Origin: Verrucomicrobiota bacterium
GTDB taxonomy: Bacteria; Verrucomicrobiota; Verrucomicrobiia; Limisphaerales; UBA8199
Direction: 5' to 3'
DNA: 64,000 nucleotides
Assembly: GCA_012517205.1 (NCBI GenBank)
Contig: JAAYVL010000122.1
Span: 10,729-74,728, forward strand
Part shown: in pieces, positions 35,130 to 44,701 of the stretch
Layout of the letters: each line of letters opens with the position of its first letter
Numbering within the stretch: the stretch's first letter is position 1
Program-made: the position numbers and the translations under genes
Notes under the pieces: generated by a model
The model's database searches: none
What the model was told of the DNA's origin: nothing
Seen by the model: the letters and a program-made list of their open reading frames with translations, nothing else

Positions 35130-37793
35130 ATGTCTCGCAAGGCGTCAGCAAGCTCAGACTCCTCCCGTGGGTTTAACGACATCATCGGGATCGTGCTGAT
35201 GTGTCTCGCTATTTTGCTGATGGTGGCGCTGCTCTCCTACCATCCGCGTGACGTATCGGCCAATGCGGTGCCGCATAACCAGCCGGCGCTGAACTGGATC
35301 GGCCCATTTGGGGCGTGGATGGCGTATGGCTGTTTCCTGACCCTTGGGGCGGCGGCTTTTGTGCTGCCGGTGGTGTTGTTTTTCGTCGGCGTGGGGTGCT
35401 TTTTCGAAATGTTCGCCTACTTGCGCCGCCGCTGGGTCTGGGCGGTGGTGCTGTTGATCTGCTGCATGGGGCTGCTGGACATCTATCGGCATTACCTGGG
35501 CGGCCTGGAGCGGAACCTGGGCGTGGTGGCGGGCGGCATTCTCGGGCGCAACCTCAACCAGCATCTCTTCAGCGAGTGTTTTGGCGCCGTGGGGGCCACG
35601 ATCATTTTCCTCATGCTCTATTTTATCAGCCTCCTCTTCCTGACGAATTTCCAGTTGGGCGACTGGGTCCGGGCCTTATGGAGCCGGCGTCCCCGGGCGG
35701 GGGGCAAAGCGGTCACTGAGGAGCAGGCGCTGGAACAGCGGGCGCGGGAGTTGCAGCAACAGGCTCGCAAGCTGCAGGAGGAAGTGGATCGCGCCGGGCT
35801 GGGCGCGGATATGCAGCCGGTGCCCAAGCCGACCGTGCGCGACCTGAGCGTGCCGGAGGCCAATAAGGCTGCGCGGGGCCGGAAAGCTGCCGCGGCCAGT
35901 CCCGCTCCGGAGCCGGCTCCGGCAGATGAGGGCGAAGTCATCCCGGCGCATGAAGTGGCCGCCGCCACCACGGCCGAGGTTTTGGGCCAGCCCCCGGAAC
36001 CGGTTGCGGATTCGGCCGAGGCCCGGGCGGCCGGGGACAAAGCGGAAACCGCCGCGGCGGAGAAATCCGAGGGCGCCGACAAGCCGTCCGAGCCCCGGCG
36101 CGACCAGGAAGTGGTTATTCACGGCCTGCCCTCCGCGGCGTCCGCCAGGCCCCGGAAGAAGCCCAAGCCGATCGCCGTCGCCGCCGCGCCCGTGATCGGT
36201 AACTACCAGTTGCCGCCCCTGGATTTCCTGCAGCATCCCGATCCCAACCTGAAGCCCACCGAATCCAAGGAGGAGCTGCTGGCCAATGCCCGGTTAATGC
36301 AGCAGACGCTGGCCCAGTTTGAAATCCCCGTCGAGTTGGGCGATATCACCAAGGGCCCCACCATCACCCGCTACGAGTTGCATCCCGCGCCCGGCGTCAA
36401 GCTGGAGAAGATTACCGCGCTCAATAACAATCTGGCTGCCGCACTCAAGGCCGAGCGCATCCATATTCTGGCGCCGGTGCCCGGCAAGAGTTCCGTCGGC
36501 ATCGAGGTGCCCAATCCGGTCAAGACCGCCGTAATTATCCGCGACCTGCTGGAATCGGAGGAATGGCGCAACACCAAAGCCCGCATCCCGCTGGCGCTGG
36601 GCAAGGACGTTTATGGCCACCCGATTATCAGTGACCTTTCGGAGATGCCGCATTTGCTCATCGCCGGGAGCACGGGCGCGGGCAAATCCGTTTGCATCAA
36701 CGCCATCATCACCTCGTTGCTCTATCGGTTTCCGCCCGACCGGCTGCGCTTCGTGATGATTGATCCGAAGGTGGTGGAGCTGCAGCAGTACAACCTGCTG
36801 CCGCACCTGGTGGTCCCGGTGGTCACCGACCCCAAGAAGGTCATTCTGGCCCTGCGCTGGGTGGTGAACGAGATGGAAAAGCGCTATCAGATTTTCGCGC
36901 GGGTGGGCGTGCGCAACATCCTGTCCTTCAATTCGCGGCCCCGGAACAAGCCGCTGCCGCCGCGCGAGCCCGAGCTGGAGCTCCTGGCCCGGAAGGAAAA
37001 GGTGGAGCCGGGCGCCGACGGCTTTGCCGTGGAGGTGGACGAGGCCATCGTAGTCCCGCGCGAGGAGGACATCGTCATCCCGGAGAAGCTCAGCTACATC
37101 GTGGTGATCATTGACGAACTGGCTGACCTCATGCTGGTCGCGCCGGCGGACGTGGAAATGGCCATCGCGCGTATCACGCAGATGGCGCGCGCGGCGGGCA
37201 TCCACTGCATCGTCGCCACCCAGCGGCCGAGCGTGGACGTCATCACCGGCGTCATCAAAGCCAACATTCCCGCGCGCATCGCGTTTCAGGTGGCGGCCAA
37301 GGTGGATTCGCGGACGATTCTTGATGCGATGGGCGCGGATAAACTGCTCGGCAAAGGGGACATGCTGTTCCTGCCGCCCGGGTCGGCCAAACTCATCCGG
37401 GCCCAGGGCTCGCTCATTACCGATCAGGAGATCCAGAACATCGTGGAGTTCATCGCGAAGCAGGGCAAGCCGAGCTATGAACTCGAGATTCACCAGCAGC
37501 TTTCCCGCGCTGACAACGGCAGCGGGAGCGGGTCCGGCATTGATGAGGACGAAGAGATCATCCAGGACTGCATCGAAGTCATCCGGAGCGAGCAGAAGGC
37601 CAGCGTCTCCCTCCTCCAGCGCCGCCTGCGCCTGGGCTATGGCCGCGCCGCGCGCATCATGGATGAGTTGGAGAACCGCGGCATTGTCGGCCCCAGCAAG
37701 GGCGCCGAGCCGCGGGATATTCTCATTGACCTGGATGGCGGCGGGGCGGACGGGCGGCCGCCGCAGAATGAGGAGCCTCCGCCCCCGGCTTGA
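35130..37793 (+). CDS. ftsK: DNA translocase FtsK
   Basis: N-terminal membrane helices and a Pro/Ala/Glu-rich linker precede the motor domain (LLIAGSTGAGKSV, IVVIIDELADLM, IVATQRPSVDVITG). A C-terminal gamma winged helix follows (ASVSLLQRRLRLGYGRAARIMDELE). Confidence 0.9.
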   Translation: MSRKASASSDSSRGFNDIIGIVLMCLAILLMVALLSYHPRDVSANAVPHNQPALNWIGPFGAWMAYGCFLTLGAAAFVLPVVLFFVGVGCFFEMFAYLRRRWVWAVVLLICCMGLLDIYRHYLGGLERNLGVVAGGILGRNLNQHLFSECFGAVGATIIFLMLYFISLLFLTNFQLGDWVRALWSRRPRAGGKAVTEEQALEQRARELQQQARKLQEEVDRAGLGADMQPVPKPTVRDLSVPEANKAARGRKAAAASPAPEPAPADEGEVIPAHEVAAATTAEVLGQPPEPVADSAEARAAGDKAETAAAEKSEGADKPSEPRRDQEVVIHGLPSAASARPRKKPKPIAVAAAPVIGNYQLPPLDFLQHPDPNLKPTESKEELLANARLMQQTLAQFEIPVELGDITKGPTITRYELHPAPGVKLEKITALNNNLAAALKAERIHILAPVPGKSSVGIEVPNPVKTAVIIRDLLESEEWRNTKARIPLALGKDVYGHPIISDLSEMPHLLIAGSTGAGKSVCINAIITSLLYRFPPDRLRFVMIDPKVVELQQYNLLPHLVVPVVTDPKKVILALRWVVNEMEKRYQIFARVGVRNILSFNSRPRNKPLPPREPELELLARKEKVEPGADGFAVEVDEAIVVPREEDIVIPEKLSYIVVIIDELADLMLVAPADVEMAIARITQMARAAGIHCIVATQRPSVDVITGVIKANIPARIAFQVAAKVDSRTILDAMGADKLLGKGDMLFLPPGSAKLIRAQGSLITDQEIQNIVEFIAKQGKPSYELEIHQQLSRADNGSGSGSGIDEDEEIIQDCIEVIRSEQKASVSLLQRRLRLGYGRAARIMDELENRGIVGPSKGAEPRDILIDLDGGGADGRPPQNEEPPPPA

Positions 37794-37819
37794 CCGCGGG
37801 CCGCGCGGCGTTTCCGCGC

Positions 37820-38710
37820 TTACACTATGAACCGGGGTTCATGCACCGGGCCTGCGCGGTGCCGGCGGAGCAGGTCAATAAACTTTGCCAGGCCGCGCTT
37901 TTCATCCGCGCCGATATGGTAGTGGATATGCCATCCCAGGTAATCCTTGCGGAAATCGCTGGTGTATTCCGTGCGGGTGCGGATGATGGAGTCGAGCGTA
38001 TCCATTCCGAAGTCGTGGGCTTCGCGGAGCAAACGCCGCAGCCGGGCATTTTCGACGCCGCGGCGCAGGGCCCAGACGGCGAAGACGAAGGGCAGGCCGG
38101 TCATCTCATACCAGGCGGCCCCGAGATCCCAAATATCGTGCTGATGCGGGCCCAGGGCCAGGTCGAGCGCCGTGTCGCCGATGAGCAGGGCGTAGTCGGG
38201 CAGCGCGGCCAGATCATAACCGGGCAGGGGTTTGAACTCGGGCGTAATGCCGCGCTCGGCCAGCAGGATTCGCAGCAATTGCACGCTGGTCAGCGAGGCG
38301 GGATCACAAAAGATTTCCGCCGCTTCGTCCAGGGGCTTGCGGTGGGCCAGCAAGACGCTTTTGACTTCGCCCAACGCGGCAATGCCAATGCCGTCCAGGA
38401 TGTCGTAGCGGTCATGGAACAGGACTTCGACCACGCTGACCAGCGCCGCATCCAATTCGTCGCGTTGCAGCATTTCGGCCAGCCGGGCGGGCGGGGCATA
38501 GATAATCTCCTCCTCCAGGCCGCGCGTGAGCGGGACGGTGTTGAGGAAGCCGGAGTTTCCCACGCGAAAGGGCGCCAGCGACTGTTCGAGGCTGCGCTCG
38601 CGTTGCAGGTCCACGGCGCGTTGCTCGCGCTCGAAGCGGTGGGCGGCCTCGGCCGGCGTTTCTACCGGCGCCATGCGGAGCCGGGGAGGGTCGTCGGGGG
38701 AGTTGGTCAT
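37820..38710 (-). CDS. mqnA: Chorismate dehydratase MqnA-like (futalosine pathway, VitK2 biosynthesis family)
   Basis: ATGA overlap with the upstream radical-SAM gene. Motifs FLNTVPL, ELDAALVSVVE, LLIGDTAL, DLGAAWYEMTGLPFVFAVWA. MqnD is a related family and cannot be excluded by eye. Confidence 0.65.
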   Translation of the reverse strand: MTNSPDDPPRLRMAPVETPAEAAHRFEREQRAVDLQRERSLEQSLAPFRVGNSGFLNTVPLTRGLEEEIIYAPPARLAEMLQRDELDAALVSVVEVLFHDRYDILDGIGIAALGEVKSVLLAHRKPLDEAAEIFCDPASLTSVQLLRILLAERGITPEFKPLPGYDLAALPDYALLIGDTALDLALGPHQHDIWDLGAAWYEMTGLPFVFAVWALRRGVENARLRRLLREAHDFGMDTLDSIIRTRTEYTSDFRKDYLGWHIHYHIGADEKRGLAKFIDLLRRHRAGPVHEPRFIV

Positions 38711-39873
38711 GCGCTTGCCAGGTTGGCTTCCCGCACCGTGGCGGGCGCATTGCCAGGGTCCGCTTCCGGCGGCGTATCCTCCCAGACGCGGACGGGCTCA
38801 TAGAAGGTATCGCGCTGCACAGGGATGCAGCCCGCCTCGCGAATGGCCTGGATCATGGCGGTTTCGCTTTGCAGTTGCGGGGTCTGCGCGCCCGCCTGGT
38901 GAAAGATATGTTCTTCGAAGATGGTGCCGTGGAGATCGTCGGCCCCGTAGCTCAGCGCCACTTGCGCCAGCTTCAAGCCCAGGCCCACCCAGTAGGCGGT
39001 GATGTGATCGAAGTTATCCAGGTAAATCCGGCTGACCGCAATGGTTCGCAGGGTGTCAAACCCCGTGGGCGGGTTTGCCACCGGAATGCCGTTGTTTTCC
39101 GGATGGTAGGGCAGCGGGACGAAACCCGTGAATCCGTGCGTTTCCTCCTGCAAGCCGCGCAACTGGCGCAAATGATCCACCCGATCGGCCAGCGATTCAA
39201 CATGCCCATACAGCATCGTGCAGGTGCTGCGCCCGCCCAGGCGATGCCACGTGCGATGGACTTCCAGGTATTCTTCCGCCGATTCCTTGCCGCGCGCGAT
39301 GGCCGAGCGGACTTCCGGGCGGAAAATCTCCGCGCCGCCGCCGGTCAGCGAGTCCAGCCCGGCTTCTTTCAGGGCCGCAAGGGTCTCGGCTACGGGTTTC
39401 CGGGCCAGCCAGGCCAGGTGCAGGACTTCAATCGCGGTAAAGCATTTCAACTGCAGACGCGCGTCCAGCGCCCGCAGCGCCCGCAGCATATCCGTATAGT
39501 AGCTGAACGGCAGGGAGGGGTGCAGCCCCCCGACGATGTGCAATTCGGTGATGCCGAACTGCAACGCTTCGCGCGCTTTCGCGACGATTTCCTCGAGGCT
39601 GAGTTGAAAGCCATTCGCGTCCCGCTTCTTGCGGGCGAAGGAGCAGAACTGGCAGCTCAGGATGCAGTAGTTCGAGTAATTGATGTAACGGTTCAGGATG
39701 TAGCTGGCCCGGCGGCCGACCTTGCGCTGGCGGGCCAGGCTGGCGATGGCGCCCAGCGCGTTCAGGTCTTTGCTTTCAAAAAGGCGGAGCGCGTCGGCTT
39801 CGGAAATCCGCTGGCCGGCGGCGACCTTGTCATACAGGTCGCGCAGTTCGCTGCGCTGAACAAAGAAATGCAC
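38707..39873 (-). CDS. Radical SAM enzyme of the MqnE/MqnC family (aminofutalosine synthase or cyclic dehypoxanthinyl-futalosine synthase)
   Basis: CxxxCxxC motif YCILSCQFCSF, plus ELHIVGGLHP and HGFTGFVPLPYHPENN. It is coupled to the mqnA-like gene. Confidence 0.75.
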   Translation of the reverse strand: MHFFVQRSELRDLYDKVAAGQRISEADALRLFESKDLNALGAIASLARQRKVGRRASYILNRYINYSNYCILSCQFCSFARKKRDANGFQLSLEEIVAKAREALQFGITELHIVGGLHPSLPFSYYTDMLRALRALDARLQLKCFTAIEVLHLAWLARKPVAETLAALKEAGLDSLTGGGAEIFRPEVRSAIARGKESAEEYLEVHRTWHRLGGRSTCTMLYGHVESLADRVDHLRQLRGLQEETHGFTGFVPLPYHPENNGIPVANPPTGFDTLRTIAVSRIYLDNFDHITAYWVGLGLKLAQVALSYGADDLHGTIFEEHIFHQAGAQTPQLQSETAMIQAIREAGCIPVQRDTFYEPVRVWEDTPPEADPGNAPATVREANLASA

Positions 39874-39914
39874 TCATTACCATTACCAGAAGCGGCGGCT
39901 TTGGCAACCGGGTT

Positions 39915-41219
39915 TCAAGGAAGTTTGGGTTGCCGGCGAAAGTGTTGATCCGCAAAGTCCAGAAACACCCGCCAATCAGCCGCGGTCATGGAGTGTTTGC
40001 CCGCGCGAATATAGTATCCCAGGGGCGAGGCGATCAGTTTGCCGGGGGGCGGCATTTCCGTGGCGGCCAGCCCTGGCGATCCCAGGAAGCGATAAACGGG
40101 ATCCGCCGCTTGCAGCACCTCGAACTGGCCGGCTGGATTTGCCCACTGATCTTCCTCCGCCGCCGAAAAGAGCACCGGCCGGGGGGCGCACAGCGCGACC
40201 AGGGCGTTCTGGTCAAATGGCAGCCGCTCCGGCGCGTCGTTGAATTGTTTGAAGCGGGCGTTAAACCAATGTGGGAACCGGGTGTTAATGGCTTTCACCG
40301 ATTCGCCGATTTTGCCCCGGCTGGGGGCGGTGCCGCCACATCCGGCCTGGTGCGGGAAAGCCATCGCGATGCGCTCATCAAACGCCGCCGCCAGCAACGC
40401 GGTCTTGCCATTGCGCGAGTGCCCCAGTGTGGCGATGCGCTTTGCGTCTATGTCCCGGTCGGTGACCAGGTAGTCCACGCACCGGTGGAAGCCCCAGGCC
40501 CAGGCGGCAATGGTTCCGCGGTCGGAGGGGGTGTTGCGGCGGGGATCGTTCCCGGCCAGCCAGGCGTACAGTCCCAGGCTGGCGTCGGGCCGATCCGCAT
40601 CCAGGTCCGCGTTGCAAAACGTCGCCAGGGCGTATCCGCGGCTGACGATCTCCGCCAGGGGCCAGTCATCGCTCTGCGTGCCGCGCGCGGCATCGGTCGC
40701 GACGTTGTTGGTGCATCCGCGGCAGTTGCCGCGCAGCCAGCCGCGCGTGAGTGGAATGCGGGGGTCGGAACTGATCGCCTGGTTGCCCCAGAAATTAAGG
40801 GCCAGAAAGACCGGCACCGGCCCGGGGCGGTGGTTGGGCAGGATCATCATGAGGTCAATGCGCGGGGCCTGCGGATCGTGGGGCGCCACTTCCAGCGTTA
40901 TCAGGCGCAGCGTGGCCTGGCCGCCCAGGAAATCGCGGTGCTCGCCGGTCACCGTGGCTTTCAACTGCGCAGGTTTCGGCGGGATGGGCCCATACATGTA
41001 ATAGGCGAACAGTTCCTTTAATTCCGGGCGTCGCTGCCGAAACCATTCCGAACGGGATTTGATCCTGTGCCCGTCCATTTTTATCAGCGGATCAGGCAGC
41101 GTAGCCTGCGCCGGCAGGCGGGCGGCATCCGGAAACGCGCGTGGCGGGAGCGAATGGCTGGCGCAGCCGCAGGCGGCCGCCAGAGCCAGGGGGGCGAATC
41201 GGTGTGTGAAGGCAGTCAT
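39915..41219 (-). CDS. Secreted alpha/beta hydrolase, CE15 glucuronoyl esterase-like
   Basis: The signal/lipobox-like N-terminus (LALAAACGC) and the nucleophile motif GHSRNGKTALLAAAFDERIA resemble the G-x-S-R-x-G of CE15. LPDPL and WFRQRRPELKELF also fit the family as I remember it. Confidence 0.55.
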   Translation of the reverse strand: MTAFTHRFAPLALAAACGCASHSLPPRAFPDAARLPAQATLPDPLIKMDGHRIKSRSEWFRQRRPELKELFAYYMYGPIPPKPAQLKATVTGEHRDFLGGQATLRLITLEVAPHDPQAPRIDLMMILPNHRPGPVPVFLALNFWGNQAISSDPRIPLTRGWLRGNCRGCTNNVATDAARGTQSDDWPLAEIVSRGYALATFCNADLDADRPDASLGLYAWLAGNDPRRNTPSDRGTIAAWAWGFHRCVDYLVTDRDIDAKRIATLGHSRNGKTALLAAAFDERIAMAFPHQAGCGGTAPSRGKIGESVKAINTRFPHWFNARFKQFNDAPERLPFDQNALVALCAPRPVLFSAAEEDQWANPAGQFEVLQAADPVYRFLGSPGLAATEMPPPGKLIASPLGYYIRAGKHSMTAADWRVFLDFADQHFRRQPKLP

Positions 41220-41332
41220 GTTGCGGGGAAAGCTACGCGCTGCCTCGCGATTTGTCAGGCGGATTCCGAGCGGCGGCCTTCGGGCTTGACGAAGCGCCCG
41301 ACAGCGATTGTTTTATGGCCAGTGCTAAAATT

Positions 41333-42346
41333 ATGATGAAGACTTCATTGTTTGTTCTGCTTGGAATCCTGGCCTTGCCCGCACTGGCCCAACCGGCCAG
41401 GCCGGTTGTGATCGCGCATCGCGGTGCCAGCGGCTATCTGCCGGAGCACACCCTCGAGTCCAAAGTGCTGGCCCATGCGATGGGGGCGGACTTCCTGGAG
41501 CAGGACGTCGCGCTGACCAAGGATGATGTCCCCATAGTGATCCATGATATTTACATAGAGACGATCAGCGATGTCGCGCAGCGATTTCCCGAGCGCAAGC
41601 GGGCCAACGGGCATTACTATGCCCTGGATTTCACACTGGCGGAGATTAAGCAATTGCGCGCTCAGGAACGCGTCAATCCCCGGACCGGGCAGCCGGTCTA
41701 TCCGAACCGGTTTCCGCCGGGTAAATCCTCTTTCCAGATTGCAACGCTGGAGGAGGAATTACAGCTCATCCAGGGGCTCAATAAGACCAGCCGCCGCGTG
41801 GTGGGCATTTACCCGGAAATCAAACAGCCAGCCTGGCATCGCAAGGAAGGCCATGACATCAGCCGCATTGTGCTGCCCATCCTGCGGCGCTACGGCTATG
41901 CGACCAAGCAAGATCCCTGCTGGGTGCAGTGCTTCGAACTGGACGAGGTGAAGCGGATCCGCACCGAATTGGGCTGGGAAGGACGCCTGCTCCTGTTGCT
42001 GGCGATGAACCGGAAGCATCCGGACGGCACAAGCGCGGAAGCCTGGTTCACGCCCGCCGGCATGATGGAGGTGGCCAAAGTGGCCGACGGCATCGGCCCC
42101 GAACTGGGCGCAATTGTATCCGGCTCATCCAAAGCCACGCGCAAGGTCACTGATTTTGTAAAACATGCCCATGCGGCAAAACTGATTGTGCATCCCTACA
42201 CCCTGCGAGCCGATGACTTGCCGAAGTTTGCCGAATCCATGGATGATGCCCTGGAGGTGCTCTTTGCCGAAGCCGGGCTGGACGGTTTTTTTACCGACTT
42301 TCCCGATTTGCCGGTGAAGTGGCTCACCGCGCGCGGTTTGCGCTGA
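41333..42346 (+). CDS. glpQ: Periplasmic glycerophosphodiester phosphodiesterase
   Basis: The start at MMKTSLFVLLGILALPALA gives a signal peptide. Motifs VIAHRGASGYLPEHTLE, LEQDVALTKDDVPIVIHD and YPEIK. Confidence 0.8.
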   Translation: MMKTSLFVLLGILALPALAQPARPVVIAHRGASGYLPEHTLESKVLAHAMGADFLEQDVALTKDDVPIVIHDIYIETISDVAQRFPERKRANGHYYALDFTLAEIKQLRAQERVNPRTGQPVYPNRFPPGKSSFQIATLEEELQLIQGLNKTSRRVVGIYPEIKQPAWHRKEGHDISRIVLPILRRYGYATKQDPCWVQCFELDEVKRIRTELGWEGRLLLLLAMNRKHPDGTSAEAWFTPAGMMEVAKVADGIGPELGAIVSGSSKATRKVTDFVKHAHAAKLIVHPYTLRADDLPKFAESMDDALEVLFAEAGLDGFFTDFPDLPVKWLTARGLR

Positions 42347-42483
42347 TTCGCCAGACGAAATCGGCGCACGGGGCGATAGGGTTTTGTCTCGCGCGTGACG
42401 CAATCCAGCCGCGCTCCGGAATGTCATGCCGGTCGGTTAGCCACCGGCGGTGAGGCTGTGGCGGGCGCTTTTCTTTGCCGGGC

Positions 42484-43617
42484 TCACATGAGCTTCTTGA
42501 GCTTCGGGTTCGCCGCCAGCCGCTTGACCAGTTCTTTAACTTTCTGGGCCTGGCTTTTGTGCGCCAGCAGGGTGGCGTCGTCCGTCTGAACGAGGATTGA
42601 ATCGCGCAGGCCAACCACCGCAATGGGGGTGCGCCGCGCTTTACTGCGGGCGTCGAAGATGATGTTCCGCGCCCCGTCAACGTGAATGAAATCCGCCACG
42701 GCGCAGTTGCCCTCCGGGTCGGCCTTGAGGTGCCGGCCCAGCGCAGTCCAGGAACCCAAATCATCCCAGGCAAAGGCGCCGTCGGCCACAATGACGTTTT
42801 GGGCGCGCTCCATCAGCGCGTAATCAATCGAGACTTTCTTGAGCTCAGGGTATTCCTTCGCGAGCACCGCGTTCAGCCGCGCGGGTTGAGTGGCCACCTT
42901 GAACCAGCGCTGGCAAGCCGCGTGCATCTCCGGCTGGTGCTTTTGCAAGCCTTCCGTAATGGTGACGAACGACCAGATGAACATGCCCGCATTCCAACGG
43001 TATTGGCCGCTGTTGACATACTCCAGCGCCTTGTCGAAGGGGGGCTTTTCCACAAACTGCTCGGCTCGATAAAAGGCGGTTTTATAGGATTTCACCCCCA
43101 CCGGGGGCGGCAGTTTTTCCCCGACGCGGATATAGCCATAGCCCGTGGCGGGCTCCGTGGGTTTGATGCCAATGGTGATGATCGCCTGTCCGCGCCCTGC
43201 CAGATCAAACGCATCTCCCAGGACCTGCTGAAACTTTTTCTCTTCCGGGATGACGTGATCGGCCGGGAGCACGGCCATGACTCCCGTCGTTGAGCGCGCT
43301 CCCACCAGCGCCGCGCCCAGCGTGACGGCTGCGGTTGTATCCCGGCCGACAGGCTCGGCGATGACGTTTCCTTTGGGCAGCTTCGGCAGTTGCTGGCGCA
43401 CCGCGGGCGCCTGAACCGCGTTGGTGATGACCAGAATATTCTTAAGCGGCACCAGCGCCAGCACGCGGTCAACCGCTTGCTGCAGAAAGGAGCGGCCGCC
43501 CAGCAGGGTGAGGAGCTGTTTGGGCATTCGCTCGCGGCTGACCGGCCAGAAGCGCTCGCCCCGGCCGCCTGCCATAATGATTACATACCGTTCGTTAATA
43601 TCGGGCTTGGCTTTCAT
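42484..43617 (-). CDS. manC: Mannose-1-phosphate guanylyltransferase (nucleotidyltransferase only)
   Basis: VIIMAGGRGERFWPVSRERMPKQLL, VLPADHVI, GYGYI, FVEKP, YRWNAGMFIW. Confidence 0.8.
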   Translation of the reverse strand: MKAKPDINERYVIIMAGGRGERFWPVSRERMPKQLLTLLGGRSFLQQAVDRVLALVPLKNILVITNAVQAPAVRQQLPKLPKGNVIAEPVGRDTTAAVTLGAALVGARSTTGVMAVLPADHVIPEEKKFQQVLGDAFDLAGRGQAIITIGIKPTEPATGYGYIRVGEKLPPPVGVKSYKTAFYRAEQFVEKPPFDKALEYVNSGQYRWNAGMFIWSFVTITEGLQKHQPEMHAACQRWFKVATQPARLNAVLAKEYPELKKVSIDYALMERAQNVIVADGAFAWDDLGSWTALGRHLKADPEGNCAVADFIHVDGARNIIFDARSKARRTPIAVVGLRDSILVQTDDATLLAHKSQAQKVKELVKRLAANPKLKKLM

Positions 43618-44414
43618 AATTGTTTTACGGCGCGCAGGAGCGGCCGCGTAAAGCCGCTGACCCGCTCGATTAAATCCGGCGCTTTACCGTGCAGTGCGAC
43701 TTGGTTCACGATGGCGCTGCCCACGACGACCGCCTCGGCGTTTTGCGCCACGAGCCTGGCCTGTTCGGGCGTCGAAATGCCAAATCCGACGGCGATGGGC
43801 AGGGTGGTATGGGCGCGAATCTTCGCGATCATTGGCGTAATCGTATCGGCCACCTGCGATTGCATGCCAGTGACGCCTTCGCGCGACACGTAGTAGATGA
43901 AGCCGGCCGCCCGCTTGACAATCATTTCAATGCGGTTCTCGGGGGTGGTGGGTGCCACCAGGTAGATGTTGCACAGTCCGGCGGCGCGCATTTTCGCTTC
44001 ATAGTCAGCGCCTTCCTCCGGAGGCAAATCAAGCACCAGCAGGCCATCCACGCCGGCCCCGGCTGCATCCCGTATAAAGCTCTCAACGCCCTGCCGGCAG
44101 ATGAGATTGAAGTAAACGTAAAGCACGATGGGGATTTGCGAATCCCGCCGGATAGCAGCGACCGTCGCCAAAAGACGGGATGGTGTGGTGCCCGAATCCA
44201 GGCCGCGCTGGGCGGCGAGCTGGTTGACGACTCCGTCCGCCAGCGGATCGCTGAAGGGCACTCCCAGTTCCAGCACATCCACACCGAGTTGATCCAGCGC
44301 CAGCGCCAGTTGGCGGGTCGCTTCGAGGTTGGGATCGCCCGCGCCGAGATAAACAATGAAACCCTTCTGACGCTCCCGGTTCAAGCGGGCGAATCGTTCA
44401 ACAATGCGGTTCAT
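43614..44414 (-). CDS. trpA: Tryptophan synthase alpha chain
   Basis: The start was set at MNRIVERF. Motifs GDPNLE, LELGVPFSDPLADG, YYVSREGVTG, VGFGIS. The 3' end overlaps the manC start by 4 nt. Confidence 0.85.
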   Translation of the reverse strand: MNRIVERFARLNRERQKGFIVYLGAGDPNLEATRQLALALDQLGVDVLELGVPFSDPLADGVVNQLAAQRGLDSGTTPSRLLATVAAIRRDSQIPIVLYVYFNLICRQGVESFIRDAAGAGVDGLLVLDLPPEEGADYEAKMRAAGLCNIYLVAPTTPENRIEMIVKRAAGFIYYVSREGVTGMQSQVADTITPMIAKIRAHTTLPIAVGFGISTPEQARLVAQNAEAVVVGSAIVNQVALHGKAPDLIERVSGFTRPLLRAVKQL

Positions 44415-44701
44415 CCGTGCCTCAGTTTCAGGTTTTGCGTCCGGCGTTTCAAGCTGCAAGTTGCGGAGTTATCCTCCTTTTCGGTTCGTGACGAACTGCT
44501 GCGGTTGGAGGAACTTCAGGGCGATGGCGGATCGCCGGTTCTGTGATTAGACCCGTTTTGTCAGCGACGCTGACTTATCTGTGGTGGCCCATATCACCCG
44601 TTTTGGAGGCGGGTTCGAGAGCCGGGGCCGGTAACAGTTTGCGTGGCTTGCCGCCTGGCCTGTAATTGCGCTGATTGCGGGCCGGTGTGCGAAAAGTAAA
44701 A

